DNA of 59,378 nucleotides, the filler included. It is 3 parts of 3 records of this genome, joined end to end, with 100 filler letters (N's around TTAATTAATTAA, not from the genome) between each part and the next. Parts side by side here need not be neighbours in the genome. Positions count along the whole stretch, not along the records: positions 20,721 to 41,890 come from SRR31156797_3968; 2 more parts are not named here. One strand, given 5' to 3'. Positions 31,711 to 41,890 of this stretch are shown here, piece after piece (the first letter of the stretch is position 1; every line of letters begins with the position of its first letter). The position numbers and the translations under genes were made by a program. The notes under the pieces were generated by a model. The model worked only from the letters and a program-made list of their open reading frames with translations. It was not told the origin of the DNA and ran no database searches.

Positions 31711-32202
31711 ATGAATTTAAGAGGAAGAACATTTCATAAAGTAGATATAGCCATTACCCGGTGGATGGCATTAAATGGCGTTTATCTTTTAAAAATTAGC
31801 ATTGGTATTATTTTTATATGGTTTGGGGCTTTAAAGTTTTTTGAGGGTTTAAGTCCGGCAGAAGATATTGCCATTAACACGATTAAAGTGTTATCTTTTG
31901 AAATGTTATCAGAAAAAACAATACTCTTTGGGTTGGCTTTATGGGAAGTGTTGATAGGATTAGGATTGATCCTAAATGTTTTTTTAAGAGAGACCTTGTT
32001 GTTGCTTTACCTTCAGATGGCCGGGACGTTTGCTCCTATTTTTCTTTTTCCACAGGAAGTTTTTCAGGTATTTCCTTATTCATTAACATTAGAAGGACAG
32101 TATATTGTAAAGAATTTAGTTTTGATAAGTGCAGGTATTGTGATAGGAGCAACGGTTAGAGGAGGAAATTTAACACCATTAAAACAGGTTGCCAAAGAGT
32201 AA
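31711..32202 (+). CDS. DoxX-family membrane protein
   Basis: IGIIFIWFGALKFF, GQYIVKNLVLI, several TM segments; ATG at 31711 preferred over the GTG at 31678. Confidence 0.78.
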   Translation: MNLRGRTFHKVDIAITRWMALNGVYLLKISIGIIFIWFGALKFFEGLSPAEDIAINTIKVLSFEMLSEKTILFGLALWEVLIGLGLILNVFLRETLLLLYLQMAGTFAPIFLFPQEVFQVFPYSLTLEGQYIVKNLVLISAGIVIGATVRGGNLTPLKQVAKE

Positions 32203-32220
32203 ATATAAAAGGATACAAGG

Positions 32221-33642
32221 ATGCGAATTCTACTAACAGGAGCAACCGGATATATTGGCAAAAGATTATTGCCTGAATTGATTCATCAAGGACATGAGGT
32301 GATTTGCTGTGTGCGCGATAAAAATCGGTTTAATCCGCCATCTGTATTAAAACCACATATTCAGGTTATTCAAATTGACTTGTTGGATAAGGAAAGCTTA
32401 AGTCAGATTCCTGCCGATATTGATGGTGCCTATTATCTGGTGCATTCTATGTCGGCCAGTACAAATTATAAAGAGCTGGAACATCAGTCTGCCATTAACT
32501 TTCGTGAAGCCCTGAACAAAACTAATGTTTCGCACGTGGTTTATTTAAGTGGTATTATTAACGAAAAGGAATTGTCGGATCATTTAAGTTCCAGGCAAAA
32601 TGTAGAAAAAGAATTAGGTAAAGGTAATTACCATTTAAGCACCTTAAGAGCCGGAATTATAATAGGATCGGGCAGTGCTTCCTTCGAAATTATCCGCGAT
32701 TTGGTAGAAAAACTACCCATTATGGTAACGCCACGTTGGTTAAACACCAGGTGTCAGCCCATTGGCATTTCGGATGTAATTAGTTTTTTATCGAAAACCT
32801 TGTTTAATGAGCGCACATTTGATCAAAGTTTTGATATTGGTGGACCGGATATCCTGACTTACAAAGAAATGTTGCTGGAATTTGCCGCGTCCAGAAAACT
32901 CACTCGGAAAATTTATACGCTGCCTGTATTAACACCACGGCTTTCTTCGTATTGGTTATATTTTGTTACCTCAACCACCTACAAATTAGCAGTGGCACTG
33001 GTCGATAGTATGAAAATAGAAGTGGTGTGCCGGAATAACGATTTAAACGAGATATTGGATATTACTCCTATTAGCTATCGCGAAGCCCTAAAAAAAGCAT
33101 TTGTAAAAATAGAAGGAAACACCATTGCATCGAGTTGGAAGGATGCCTATGTAAGTAGTGGTTTTTCTAGTCATATATCCGATTTTATTCAGGTTCCCAG
33201 TTTTGGGTGCTTTAAAGATGTCCGTCGAAATGCTTTTACTAATCGAGATAAATGTATTCAAAAGATATGGCGTATTGGCGGTGATACCGGTTGGTATTAT
33301 GGAGAATGGTTATGGAAATTACGTGGCGTGCTGGATAAAATGATGGGTGGAGTGGGCTTGAGGCGAGGGCGAACCAATCGCGATACATTAGCTGTTGGAG
33401 ATGCACTCGATTTTTGGCGAGTATTATATGCCGACCGCAATGAGGGGCGTTTATTACTTTTTGCAGAAATGAAATTGCCCGGAGAAGCCTGGCTCGAATT
33501 TAAAATTGTAGGAGATTCTTTAATACAAACAGCCACATTCAGACCTTTAGGTTTATTGGGAAGACTGTATTGGTTTGCTGTTCTTCCTTTTCATGGATTT
33601 ATTTTTAGTGGAATGATTAAAAAAATTACGAGTAATGATTAA
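32221..33642 (+). CDS. SDR-family NAD(P)-binding oxidoreductase with C-terminal DUF2867 (YbjT-like)
   Basis: ILLTGATGYIG, YYLVHSM, HLSSR, GSGSASFE, GDALDFWRV, AEMKLPGEAWLEF. Confidence 0.88.
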   Translation: MRILLTGATGYIGKRLLPELIHQGHEVICCVRDKNRFNPPSVLKPHIQVIQIDLLDKESLSQIPADIDGAYYLVHSMSASTNYKELEHQSAINFREALNKTNVSHVVYLSGIINEKELSDHLSSRQNVEKELGKGNYHLSTLRAGIIIGSGSASFEIIRDLVEKLPIMVTPRWLNTRCQPIGISDVISFLSKTLFNERTFDQSFDIGGPDILTYKEMLLEFAASRKLTRKIYTLPVLTPRLSSYWLYFVTSTTYKLAVALVDSMKIEVVCRNNDLNEILDITPISYREALKKAFVKIEGNTIASSWKDAYVSSGFSSHISDFIQVPSFGCFKDVRRNAFTNRDKCIQKIWRIGGDTGWYYGEWLWKLRGVLDKMMGGVGLRRGRTNRDTLAVGDALDFWRVLYADRNEGRLLLFAEMKLPGEAWLEFKIVGDSLIQTATFRPLGLLGRLYWFAVLPFHGFIFSGMIKKITSND

Positions 33643-34093
33643 ACGAATTATACTATTCTTAATATTAAATTTTACCGCTCTGGGCATTGGGAGTCAGTTT
33701 ACTTCAGAAGGAGTAGCTTCTTTGTGGTATCAAAATCTGGATAAAGCACCATGGACTCCACCAGGCTGGATGTTTGGTGCTGCATGGACATTCATCATGA
33801 TATGCTTTGCCATTTATATGGTCTATCTACTAAAAGAGAATTCTCATTCAAAAAAAATAATAGGCCTTTATGCCATACAATGGATTTTAAATACAGCATG
33901 GAATCCGGTTTTCTTTTATAGTCAAAGTATTTGGGGAGGATTGGTATGTATATCCATCCTGACGATTCTTATCGCCTATTTCTTTTTTACCTATTTACGG
34001 GAAATGAAAATCAGATCCATATTCGTAGCTCCATATTTTATTTGGTTGATATTAGCTACTTCTTTAAATACTTATATATTGATTTATAATTAG
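33635..34093 (+). CDS. tspO: TspO/MBR tryptophan-rich sensory protein
   Basis: WYQNLDKAPWTPPGWMFGAAW, LNTAWNPVFF, PYFIWL..ATSLN. Confidence 0.9.
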   Translation: MIKRIILFLILNFTALGIGSQFTSEGVASLWYQNLDKAPWTPPGWMFGAAWTFIMICFAIYMVYLLKENSHSKKIIGLYAIQWILNTAWNPVFFYSQSIWGGLVCISILTILIAYFFFTYLREMKIRSIFVAPYFIWLILATSLNTYILIYN

Positions 34094-34193
34094 GGTTTTT
34101 CATAATTCCTCTATTAGCCCTTCTCCTTTCTAGATATAAATAAATATTGTTTAGTTTTGAGTTACTTTAACAAGTACTTTAAAGAAAACCAAA

Positions 34194-35018
34194 ATGAAAC
34201 TAGCAAGAATTATTATACTGACTGTTCTTAGCATTGGAGTACAGATAAATTTAAAGGGTCAACATTATTCTACCAGTGAGGAATTGCTTTCGGACATGCG
34301 ATTTTTTAGGAATAGTATTTTTGCACATCATGGCAGAAAATTTATTTCCCCGGATTTGCAGGCGCATTTTAGAAGTAAAACCTGGTATAAGCCGAAAGAT
34401 AGCTTTGATGTGAGTCAGCTTTCATCTAAGGAATTACTTGCTATTGGAACTTTAAAGAAAATAGAAGACTATTATGAACAGCTAAACTGTCAGGAACGAA
34501 AGACAGCAGAAGGAATTTTCCGGTTTATTAAATCTTATACTTTTCAACGATTAGATACTGTTTTATATACGATAGCAGATTTTGATACTAAAGCGGGCTT
34601 GGATACTATTCAAACCATCATTAAAGAAACTGAATTAGGTAATTTTACATTAAACTATCGTTTTGAAAAGAATAATAGTACGATGTGGCAGGATTCTGTC
34701 GTTAACCCATATTTTTGGATTGGCGATCATGAAATATTCAAAAACTGGGAAAATCATTTTTATATAGGATTTACAGCTACTCAATTCTGCAAGGCTTAGT
34801 CCAATGCAATGTGGGAACAACCTTTGGAGCTCGGATTATTAGAATTAGGATATAGTAGTATTTTGGAATGCGATCAGCATGCAACCTTAAGCGAGTATGA
34901 ATCTTATCTAAAAAACTTTCGAGGCAATTTATTAAACTATAATGTGTATGAAGGAGGAGGGAAGCTTTTAGTTTGGTACGAACCTATAAAAGGATTTATC
35001 ACCTTCTATGCACCATAG
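34194..35018 (+). pseudogene. Exported YARHG-domain protein interrupted by an in-frame TAG at 34797-34799
   Basis: RNSIFAHHGRKF..PDLQAHF..KTWY YARHG-like motif; ORF 34809-35018 is in the same frame (aag gct TAG tcc aat gca atg). Confidence 0.6.
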
Positions 35019-35044
35019 AAAAAAGTGTAATTCAAGAAAGCGAT

Positions 35045-36019
35045 ATGAGAAAAGATCTTAAAAAATACTTTGTTGCCATTTGGGTGTTTTCCCTGTTGTT
35101 TTTTTGTGCTGAACTTTTTCTGGTATTTGCCAACTATTGGATGTTGAAGTCCGTCAGCTATCTATATGTAGCCTCTGTTATTTTTTTGTATATAAATCCA
35201 GCGAGTTTTCGAGAAAAGGAGGTAGTAGAAGATTACCTGATCAAATTCAAAGGATATGATATATGGGGCGTGCTTTTTATTATTTCCGGAATTACAGCCT
35301 TGTTACTCTTTGCTGGTTTCAAAAACTCCGTATTATTTGTTTTGGCTATTGTTACACTGGCTATTTCTGTATGGATTATTATAAAGTATAGAAGTCAAAT
35401 TACCAAAAGATTATTCCTTAATGGGATAATTGTAGGATTTCTTTGTGCTTTGGCTCAATATAATTATTGGCCGTCTTTACTTGTCATTTTCGTTATAGCT
35501 CCAGCCTATTATATAGCAGTTTCCTTATTAAATACCAGGTTTCATTTTACCGTAATTCAATTCAATAATGGTTCATATCGTCAAATAGTAAAATCGTTTT
35601 TTATAGGTTGTGTCTTAGCGCTTCCTATGGCTCTTTCTAATTTAAATAATGTGATGGCGACTCAACCTTTTGATTGGATTAAAGAGTTTTGGCAGCCGAT
35701 ACTAGCCTTTAATTTTGTATTGATTGAGGAAATGTGGGTGAGGCTATTTATGATGACCCTGATTTTTGCTTTGCTTGTACCTAAAACAGAGAAGAAAATA
35801 ATTCCTGCCATAGCAGCTATTCTTATAAGTGCCATCATTTTTGGTTCTACACACTACCCACGCGTGGATATTCAAAACTGTATTCATATTAGCTTGCTTT
35901 ACGGATTACCACTTGGGGTATTGCTATACAAAAGAGATTTTGAAACGGTGATTGGCTATCATTTTATTATCAATTTTATTAGTGCCGTATCTGCATATTA
36001 TGTGAATAGTGGTGCTTAA
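35045..36019 (+). CDS. CPBP-family (Abi/CAAX) intramembrane metalloprotease
   Basis: Multiple TM segments; EEMWVR, FGSTH and HFIIN motifs; start set at ATG 35045 (MRKDLKK). Confidence 0.8.
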   Translation: MRKDLKKYFVAIWVFSLLFFCAELFLVFANYWMLKSVSYLYVASVIFLYINPASFREKEVVEDYLIKFKGYDIWGVLFIISGITALLLFAGFKNSVLFVLAIVTLAISVWIIIKYRSQITKRLFLNGIIVGFLCALAQYNYWPSLLVIFVIAPAYYIAVSLLNTRFHFTVIQFNNGSYRQIVKSFFIGCVLALPMALSNLNNVMATQPFDWIKEFWQPILAFNFVLIEEMWVRLFMMTLIFALLVPKTEKKIIPAIAAILISAIIFGSTHYPRVDIQNCIHISLLYGLPLGVLLYKRDFETVIGYHFIINFISAVSAYYVNSGA

Positions 36020-36078
36020 CTGTTAACTGATTACTAAATAATGCTATCAGTTAACTGCTCACTGTTCACTGTTCCCTG
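36016..36078 (-). repeat. Degenerate heptamer repeats (reverse complement of CAGTNAN) with a 10-bp hairpin
   Basis: ttaactg ttaactg ... ttaactg ctcactg ttcactg ttccctg; gttaactgat (36022-36031) pairs with atcagttaac (36046-36055). Confidence 0.6.
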
Positions 36079-36193
36079 ATTTTTGTGGTTCCCTTTTAAT
36101 TTTTATAACTTAAAGCTTATACGACCTTTCCAAATAGGAAGCACTCACACAATTCTTAAGAACGAACTTTACTCATCTTTAAAACACATAGCA

Positions 36194-37402
36194 ATGAAAC
36201 AAATGGAGGATTACTTACCCATAGTGGGCGAGAAAGTACTTTATGATATTTATAAAAAAGCATCTAAACTTTACGACAAACACCTGGTACATGTAAATTC
36301 TACTTTTATAGGCGGAGGTGTAGCAGAAATATTAAATAACCTGGTACCGCTTACCAATGATACCGGTTTAGATGCCGGATGGCGGGTTCTACACGGCAAC
36401 CTTGAGTTTTACGACATTACTAAAAGAATGCATAATGCGCTTCAGGGATCTAATGATAGCTTTAAAGATGAAGATCAGAATACGTATTTAAGAGTGAATA
36501 AAGCCTTTGCCACTTATACACATTTCGATCATGATTGTATTGTTATTCACGATCCACAGCCACTTTCCTTAATTAAGTTTATAAAGAAAAGACAGCCATG
36601 GATTTGGCGATGCCATATTGACCTAACCAATCCTAATCCTGCATATTGGGAATTTATCAAGCCTTTTATTCTTCGCTATGATTTAATGATTGTTTCGGCT
36701 GAGCAATACAAGAAAAAAGATATTCCTGTTGAGCAAAGAATTGTGCATCCGGCCATAGATCCTTTGGCAGCTAAAAATATACCTCTATCCAAATCTCGTT
36801 GTCAACAAATTTTACACGATGCCGGAATCCCAACTGATAAGCCTATAATTACCCAGGTTTCACGTATGGATAAATGGAAAGATCCGGAAGGCTTACTAAA
36901 GATATTTGAAAAGGTGAAAGAGAAAGTAGATTGCAGACTTTTATATGCTTATAATCTCGCTACGGATGATCCTGAAGGAATAGATATATTTAATCGGATT
37001 CAACAAACCGTTACTGATTTACCGTTTAAAGATGATATTTTATTTGTATTGGGAAATAACGACTATCTGGTCAATGCCATTCAAACTTATTCTGATGTGG
37101 TTATTCAAAAATCTATTCGCGAAGGCTTTTGTTTGTGCGTTACAGAAGCCATGTGGAAAGGAACGCCTGTAGTGGCATCAAATGTAGGAGGTATTCCTGT
37201 TCAAATTGATGATGGTGACAATGGTTATCTTTTAGAACCGGATGATTATCAGGGATTCGCTGATCGTATAATAGAACTGCTTAAAAATGAAAAGTTAGCA
37301 GAGTCTATTGGTATAAGCGGAAGGGATAAAATAAAAAATCAGTTTCTATTGCCACGCCTACTAAACGACTATCTAACGATTATGTATGATGTATTGAAAT
37401 AA
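36194..37402 (+). CDS. treT: GT4 glycosyltransferase, trehalose synthase TreT-like
   Basis: HVNSTFIGGGVAEIL, IHDPQP, WRCHID, QVSRMDKWKDP, REGFCLCVTEAMWKG; start set at ATG 36194. Confidence 0.78.
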   Translation: MKQMEDYLPIVGEKVLYDIYKKASKLYDKHLVHVNSTFIGGGVAEILNNLVPLTNDTGLDAGWRVLHGNLEFYDITKRMHNALQGSNDSFKDEDQNTYLRVNKAFATYTHFDHDCIVIHDPQPLSLIKFIKKRQPWIWRCHIDLTNPNPAYWEFIKPFILRYDLMIVSAEQYKKKDIPVEQRIVHPAIDPLAAKNIPLSKSRCQQILHDAGIPTDKPIITQVSRMDKWKDPEGLLKIFEKVKEKVDCRLLYAYNLATDDPEGIDIFNRIQQTVTDLPFKDDILFVLGNNDYLVNAIQTYSDVVIQKSIREGFCLCVTEAMWKGTPVVASNVGGIPVQIDDGDNGYLLEPDDYQGFADRIIELLKNEKLAESIGISGRDKIKNQFLLPRLLNDYLTIMYDVLK

Positions 37403-37424
37403 GAATCTGTTTTATCAATTAGTT

Positions 37425-37455
37425 AAAAGCCGTTCCTCAAAGGAGTGGCTTTTTT
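37425..37455 (+). terminator. Intrinsic terminator after the treT-like gene
   Basis: aaaagccgttcct-caa-aggagtggctttt hairpin with G-U pairs and T-run. Confidence 0.72.
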
Positions 37456-37728
37456 ATTTCCTCAATTATGATTGGTCGTAAAACTTCTAAAAACAACGAG
37501 TTGTAAATGCTGTTGGGATGTGTTGTTTTATGAATATATAGTAATTTATTTTTGTCAAAATGTAAAGGAAAGATGTCATTGTGTAATTTAATGTTTACAT
37601 TTGAGTGTAAATAAATGAATAACAATTTTTAAATTATACAGATGTGGCGAGCCATGAGAAAGCTATTCTAACTTTTGATATGACGAAAATGGTGAGTTAT
37701 ATATCGTAATTAAAACAATTTTAGACAT

Positions 37729-38205
37729 ATGAAAACAAACTATTTATTTTCGAATCGATTAAAGCCTATAGGCTGGGTAATATTAATTACAGGAATTGTA
37801 TTAGGCGTACTTTGGATCACTTTTGAATTCTCTCGCGAATTTCTGGACGTTAAAATGTTTGCATTGTTCAGTCATGAATATATAGGCAACGTAGAGTATT
37901 TTACTCTAACCGAACAGAATATAATAGATGAAATCATCGCTATTTTTATTGTAATTGGGGCATCTTTGGTTGCTTTTTCAAAAGAAAGATATGAAGATGA
38001 ATTGATTGTTAAAATGCGCTTGGAATCTCTTTTGTGGGCAACTTATATAAGCTATAGTATTTTAATACTGGCCATCTTGTTTGTGTTTAATATGGCTTTT
38101 TTATGGGTGCTTATTTTTAATATGTTTACCATACTCATCATTTTTATCATCCGATTTAATTGGGTATTATTTAAATCAAAAAAGCTGGCAGATAATGAAG
38201 AATAG
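37729..38205 (+). CDS. Four-TM membrane protein of unknown function
   Basis: Hydrophobic segments; FSKERYEDE..RLESLLWA motif typical of small Bacteroidota membrane proteins paired with XRE regulators. Confidence 0.75.
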   Translation: MKTNYLFSNRLKPIGWVILITGIVLGVLWITFEFSREFLDVKMFALFSHEYIGNVEYFTLTEQNIIDEIIAIFIVIGASLVAFSKERYEDELIVKMRLESLLWATYISYSILILAILFVFNMAFLWVLIFNMFTILIIFIIRFNWVLFKSKKLADNEE

Positions 38206-38401
38206 CATTAAAGTAGAAAGGGCAAAGAAAAACATTACGCAAGCGCAGTTGGCCAAAATGTTAAATGTAAGCAGACAAACAATTAATGCCATCGAGTTGG
38301 GAAAATATAATTTATCTACTATTCTGGCATTAAAAATGGCGGAAGTATTTGAGGTGTCGGTTCATGAAATTTTTCAGTTGGAAGAAAAAGACTGGGCGTA
38401 A
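38195..38401 (+). CDS. XRE/Cro-family HTH transcriptional regulator (68 aa)
   Basis: MKNSIKVERAKKNITQAQLAKMLNVSRQTINAIELGKYN; start overlaps the end of the upstream gene. Confidence 0.9.
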   Translation: MKNSIKVERAKKNITQAQLAKMLNVSRQTINAIELGKYNLSTILALKMAEVFEVSVHEIFQLEEKDWA

Positions 38402-38539
38402 ACAATTTTTATGGTTAAATAAAAAATCCTATATTAAAGCACTGTATTTAAAAGTGTTGTTTATTAATGTTGCATTTAAACAAGCTTTTACATTTGTCAT
38501 TGTCTTGTCATTCTTTCTAATCTAACTAATTAAAATTTC

Positions 38540-41500
38540 ATGAAGAATTTATTTCTATTTTTTGTGTTGTTGGCGCTACCCTTTAGTGTCAAAGCACAAA
38601 TCAGTGCTAAATTAATGCGTTATATGGATGTGTCTGAAACGCAAATCACCTTTGTGTATGGCGGAGATATATGGTTGGTTCCTAAATCAGGAGGTACAGC
38701 CATACAATTAACGCACTCTCCCGGGGAAGAATCCTGGCCAAAGTTTTCTCCCGATGGAAAGGAGATTGCTTATACCGCGAGATATAATGGTAATTCAGAT
38801 ATTTACGTAGTTCCGGTTAGCGGAGGAATTCCAACGCGCGTTACTTATAATTCATTTTACGATCGTATGATTGATTGGCATCCTGATGGAGAGCGCCTGT
38901 TGTTTGCTTCCGGTCGCGAAAGCGGTATCGGTAGAACCAACCAGTTTTTTATGGTTTCTAAAAAAGGAGGGTTACCTCAAAAGCTTAAAATTCCTTATGG
39001 AGAATTGGCTACGTTTTCACCTAAAGGTAATCAACTAGTATATATTACGAAGATTACAGAAAACTATCCGTTTAAACGATATAGAGGAGGCTTAACTTCA
39101 GATATTATTTTATATGATTTTGATAGTCAGAAAACAGAAAGACTGACCACAGATGAAGCCAATGATGGAAAACCAGCATGGGTTGGGGATATGGTTTATT
39201 TTCTTTCGGATAGAGGTGAAAATATGCGTTTAAATATATGGTCATATAATCCTGCTACTAAAGCCAAAGAACAAATTACCCATTACAAAAACTTTGATAT
39301 TTCATTCTTATCAGGAAATAACAATGAGTTAGTTTATGAGATGGGAGGCGATGTTTATGTAATGAATACGTCTTCGGGTAAGCCCGAAAAAATTCAGGTA
39401 AATGTAATTAGTGACCTTTCGGTAGAATTACCTCGCTTAAAGAATGTCAGCGGATCTATTGCGAATGCAACTGCCTCACCAGGAGGTAAACGTATTGTTT
39501 TTGAGGCGCGTGGCGAATTATTTAATGTGCCGCTTAAAGACGGTTACGTGATAAATCTGACGCAATCGAGTGGTGCTTTTGATCAGAATCCATCCTGGTC
39601 GCCGGATGGAAAAGCGATTGCTTATTGGTCCGATAAATCTGGAGAATATGAAATTTGGTTACAGGATTGTCAGTCTAAAAATCCTCCAAAAAAGTTAACA
39701 AAAAGAGGAAAAGGTTTTGGTTACAAGTTATTTTGGTCGCCCGATAGTAAAAAAATAGCTTTTGTAGATGAAACCAATAATATTTCAATTATAGATATTA
39801 AAAGCGGAGAGACTACTGTAGCCGATAATTATCAATGGAATTTAGGTCATTGGGGACGATATGGATTTCCTTTGTCTTGGTCGACCGATTCTAAATGGTT
39901 GACCTATAGTATTGGACAGGAAAATGCACAGGGCGCTATTTTTATCTATGATATAGAAAATAAGGCGACGCATCAGGTAACAAGTGGTTTTTATAATGAT
40001 TATTCGCCTGTTTTTAGTGAAGATGGAAAGTACTTATTTTATCTAACCAATAGGAGTTTGAATGCCGCTTATTCATCTTTGGATGACGGTACCTGGATTT
40101 ATCCCAATACAACAAAAATTGCTTCCATTGCATTAAAAACAGATACTCCTTTAATCTTAAAGCCTAAGAATGATAGCGTGGATATAAAGGAAGAAAAAGA
40201 AGAGGAGGATAAAAAAGACGATAAAAATGATGATGATAAGAAAAATGGAGAGGAAAAAGATAAGGCTAAGAATGATGAGGATGAAAAGGAAGGAATAGTA
40301 ATAGACTTCTCAAACATGGAAGCAAGAGTTGAGATGTTACCTAGTAAAGCTGGAAATTATTTGGGACTCTTGCCCTTTAAAGATAAATTGGTTTACCTGA
40401 AACGACCGAATACAGGCTCTGAGGAAAAAAAGAATAACTTATTCTATTTCGATTTAAAGGAGCATGAAGAAAAATCTATCATGAATGATGTGAGTATGGT
40501 CATTCCTACAGCCGATGCTAAAGCTATGTTAGTAAAATCAAGTGGTAAATACGGTATCATTCAAGCGGCACCCGGCCAAAAGATTAAAGATCCAATTCCA
40601 ACTAATGGCTTAACAATGAATTGGATTCCTAAAGAAGAATGGAAACAGATATTTATAGATACCTGGCGTCGTCATCGCGACTTTTTCTACGATCCGAATA
40701 TGCATGGTGTAGATTGGAATGCTTTAAAAGTGCAATATTTAAAATTGGTCGATGATGCACGAACCAGGTGGGATATTACAAACCTTCAGTTAAACCTGGT
40801 TTCTGAACTTAGTGCCGGACATACCTATGCCGGAGGTGGCGATGTGAACAGGGGATCTAGTCGTGATGGTGGATTTTTAGGAGTTGATTGGGAAGTGGAT
40901 GGTAGTTTGTATAAAATAAAACGAATTATAAAACCTGCCATTTGGGACACTAAAGTTCGATCACCTTTTGATAAACCCGGAGTGGAAATAAAGGAAGGAG
41001 ATTATATTTTATCTGTTAATGGAGTCAAATTAAAAACAGATGTTGATCCTGCTGCAGCATTTCAGGGACTGGATGGCAAGACTGTTTTATTGCAGGTGTC
41101 ATCAACAGGAAAAGAAGAAGATGCAAAAGAGGTAATTGTTGACTGTTTAAAAGGTCATGAGGAAAGAAACCTTCGTTACCTGGAGTGGATTGAGAATAAT
41201 CGTAAGATGGTCGAAAAGTTATCTGATGGTCAGTTAGGGTATATATATATGTCTAATACATCAAGCCAGGGACAACGCGAATTAGTCAGGATGTTTTATG
41301 GACAAATAGATAAGAAGGGTTTCATTGTTGATGAACGCTTTAATGGTGGAGGACAGCTGGCAGATCGTTTTCTGGAATTATTGCAACGTCCAGTTAATTG
41401 TCATTTACATTGGCGCCATGGTAAAGATCATAGAAGTCCGGTAAAAACAAATACAGGTCCTTTAGGCATGCTGATCAATGGTTGGGCAGGTTCAGGTGGG

Positions 41501-41851
41501 GATGGTTTGCCCTGGGCATTTCAGGAATTAAAGGCCGGACCTATTGTTGGAGAGCGAACCTTAGGTATCTTAGTTGGACCAGCTACGGGCCATCGTTTAA
41601 TAGATGGAGGATCTATTACAGTACCAGGTGCCAGATTGTATGATAATGATGGACATTGGTTTTGGGAAGGAGAAGGTGTTAGACCAGACTATAAGGTTTG
41701 GGACGATCCAAATATATTAATGCAGGGGCGTGATCCGCAAATGGAGAAAGTAGTTGAAGAAGTTATGAAACTTGTGAAAGAAGGAAAATATAAGATGACA
41801 CCAGCTCCGCCGATAGATGATCGCTCAGCAAAAGGTTTGCAGAAGAAATAA
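38540..41851 (+). CDS. Tricorn-like S41 peptidase
   Basis: Signal peptide, PD40-like beta-propeller repeats (FSPDG, WSPDG), ELSAGH, PDZ region, DERFNGGG, AGSGGD catalytic Ser, DPQME. Confidence 0.92.
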   Translation: MKNLFLFFVLLALPFSVKAQISAKLMRYMDVSETQITFVYGGDIWLVPKSGGTAIQLTHSPGEESWPKFSPDGKEIAYTARYNGNSDIYVVPVSGGIPTRVTYNSFYDRMIDWHPDGERLLFASGRESGIGRTNQFFMVSKKGGLPQKLKIPYGELATFSPKGNQLVYITKITENYPFKRYRGGLTSDIILYDFDSQKTERLTTDEANDGKPAWVGDMVYFLSDRGENMRLNIWSYNPATKAKEQITHYKNFDISFLSGNNNELVYEMGGDVYVMNTSSGKPEKIQVNVISDLSVELPRLKNVSGSIANATASPGGKRIVFEARGELFNVPLKDGYVINLTQSSGAFDQNPSWSPDGKAIAYWSDKSGEYEIWLQDCQSKNPPKKLTKRGKGFGYKLFWSPDSKKIAFVDETNNISIIDIKSGETTVADNYQWNLGHWGRYGFPLSWSTDSKWLTYSIGQENAQGAIFIYDIENKATHQVTSGFYNDYSPVFSEDGKYLFYLTNRSLNAAYSSLDDGTWIYPNTTKIASIALKTDTPLILKPKNDSVDIKEEKEEEDKKDDKNDDDKKNGEEKDKAKNDEDEKEGIVIDFSNMEARVEMLPSKAGNYLGLLPFKDKLVYLKRPNTGSEEKKNNLFYFDLKEHEEKSIMNDVSMVIPTADAKAMLVKSSGKYGIIQAAPGQKIKDPIPTNGLTMNWIPKEEWKQIFIDTWRRHRDFFYDPNMHGVDWNALKVQYLKLVDDARTRWDITNLQLNLVSELSAGHTYAGGGDVNRGSSRDGGFLGVDWEVDGSLYKIKRIIKPAIWDTKVRSPFDKPGVEIKEGDYILSVNGVKLKTDVDPAAAFQGLDGKTVLLQVSSTGKEEDAKEVIVDCLKGHEERNLRYLEWIENNRKMVEKLSDGQLGYIYMSNTSSQGQRELVRMFYGQIDKKGFIVDERFNGGGQLADRFLELLQRPVNCHLHWRHGKDHRSPVKTNTGPLGMLINGWAGSGGDGLPWAFQELKAGPIVGERTLGILVGPATGHRLIDGGSITVPGARLYDNDGHWFWEGEGVRPDYKVWDDPNILMQGRDPQMEKVVEEVMKLVKEGKYKMTPAPPIDDRSAKGLQKK

Positions 41852-41890
41852 ATTAAAGATTTGACTAGTCCTAAATAACCGTTACAGATT

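Noticed and set aside
40170-40295. Purine-rich low-complexity tract (KEEKEEEDKKDDK...)
   Set aside because: A charged linker inside the tricorn protease reading frame, common in this family; not a separate element
20721-41890. Genome-wide TAG recoding to explain the two in-frame amber codons
   Set aside because: TAG ends several genes in the same contig at natural-looking C-termini (24919-24921, 30367-30369, 34091-34093) and no suppressor tRNA or pyl genes are in view
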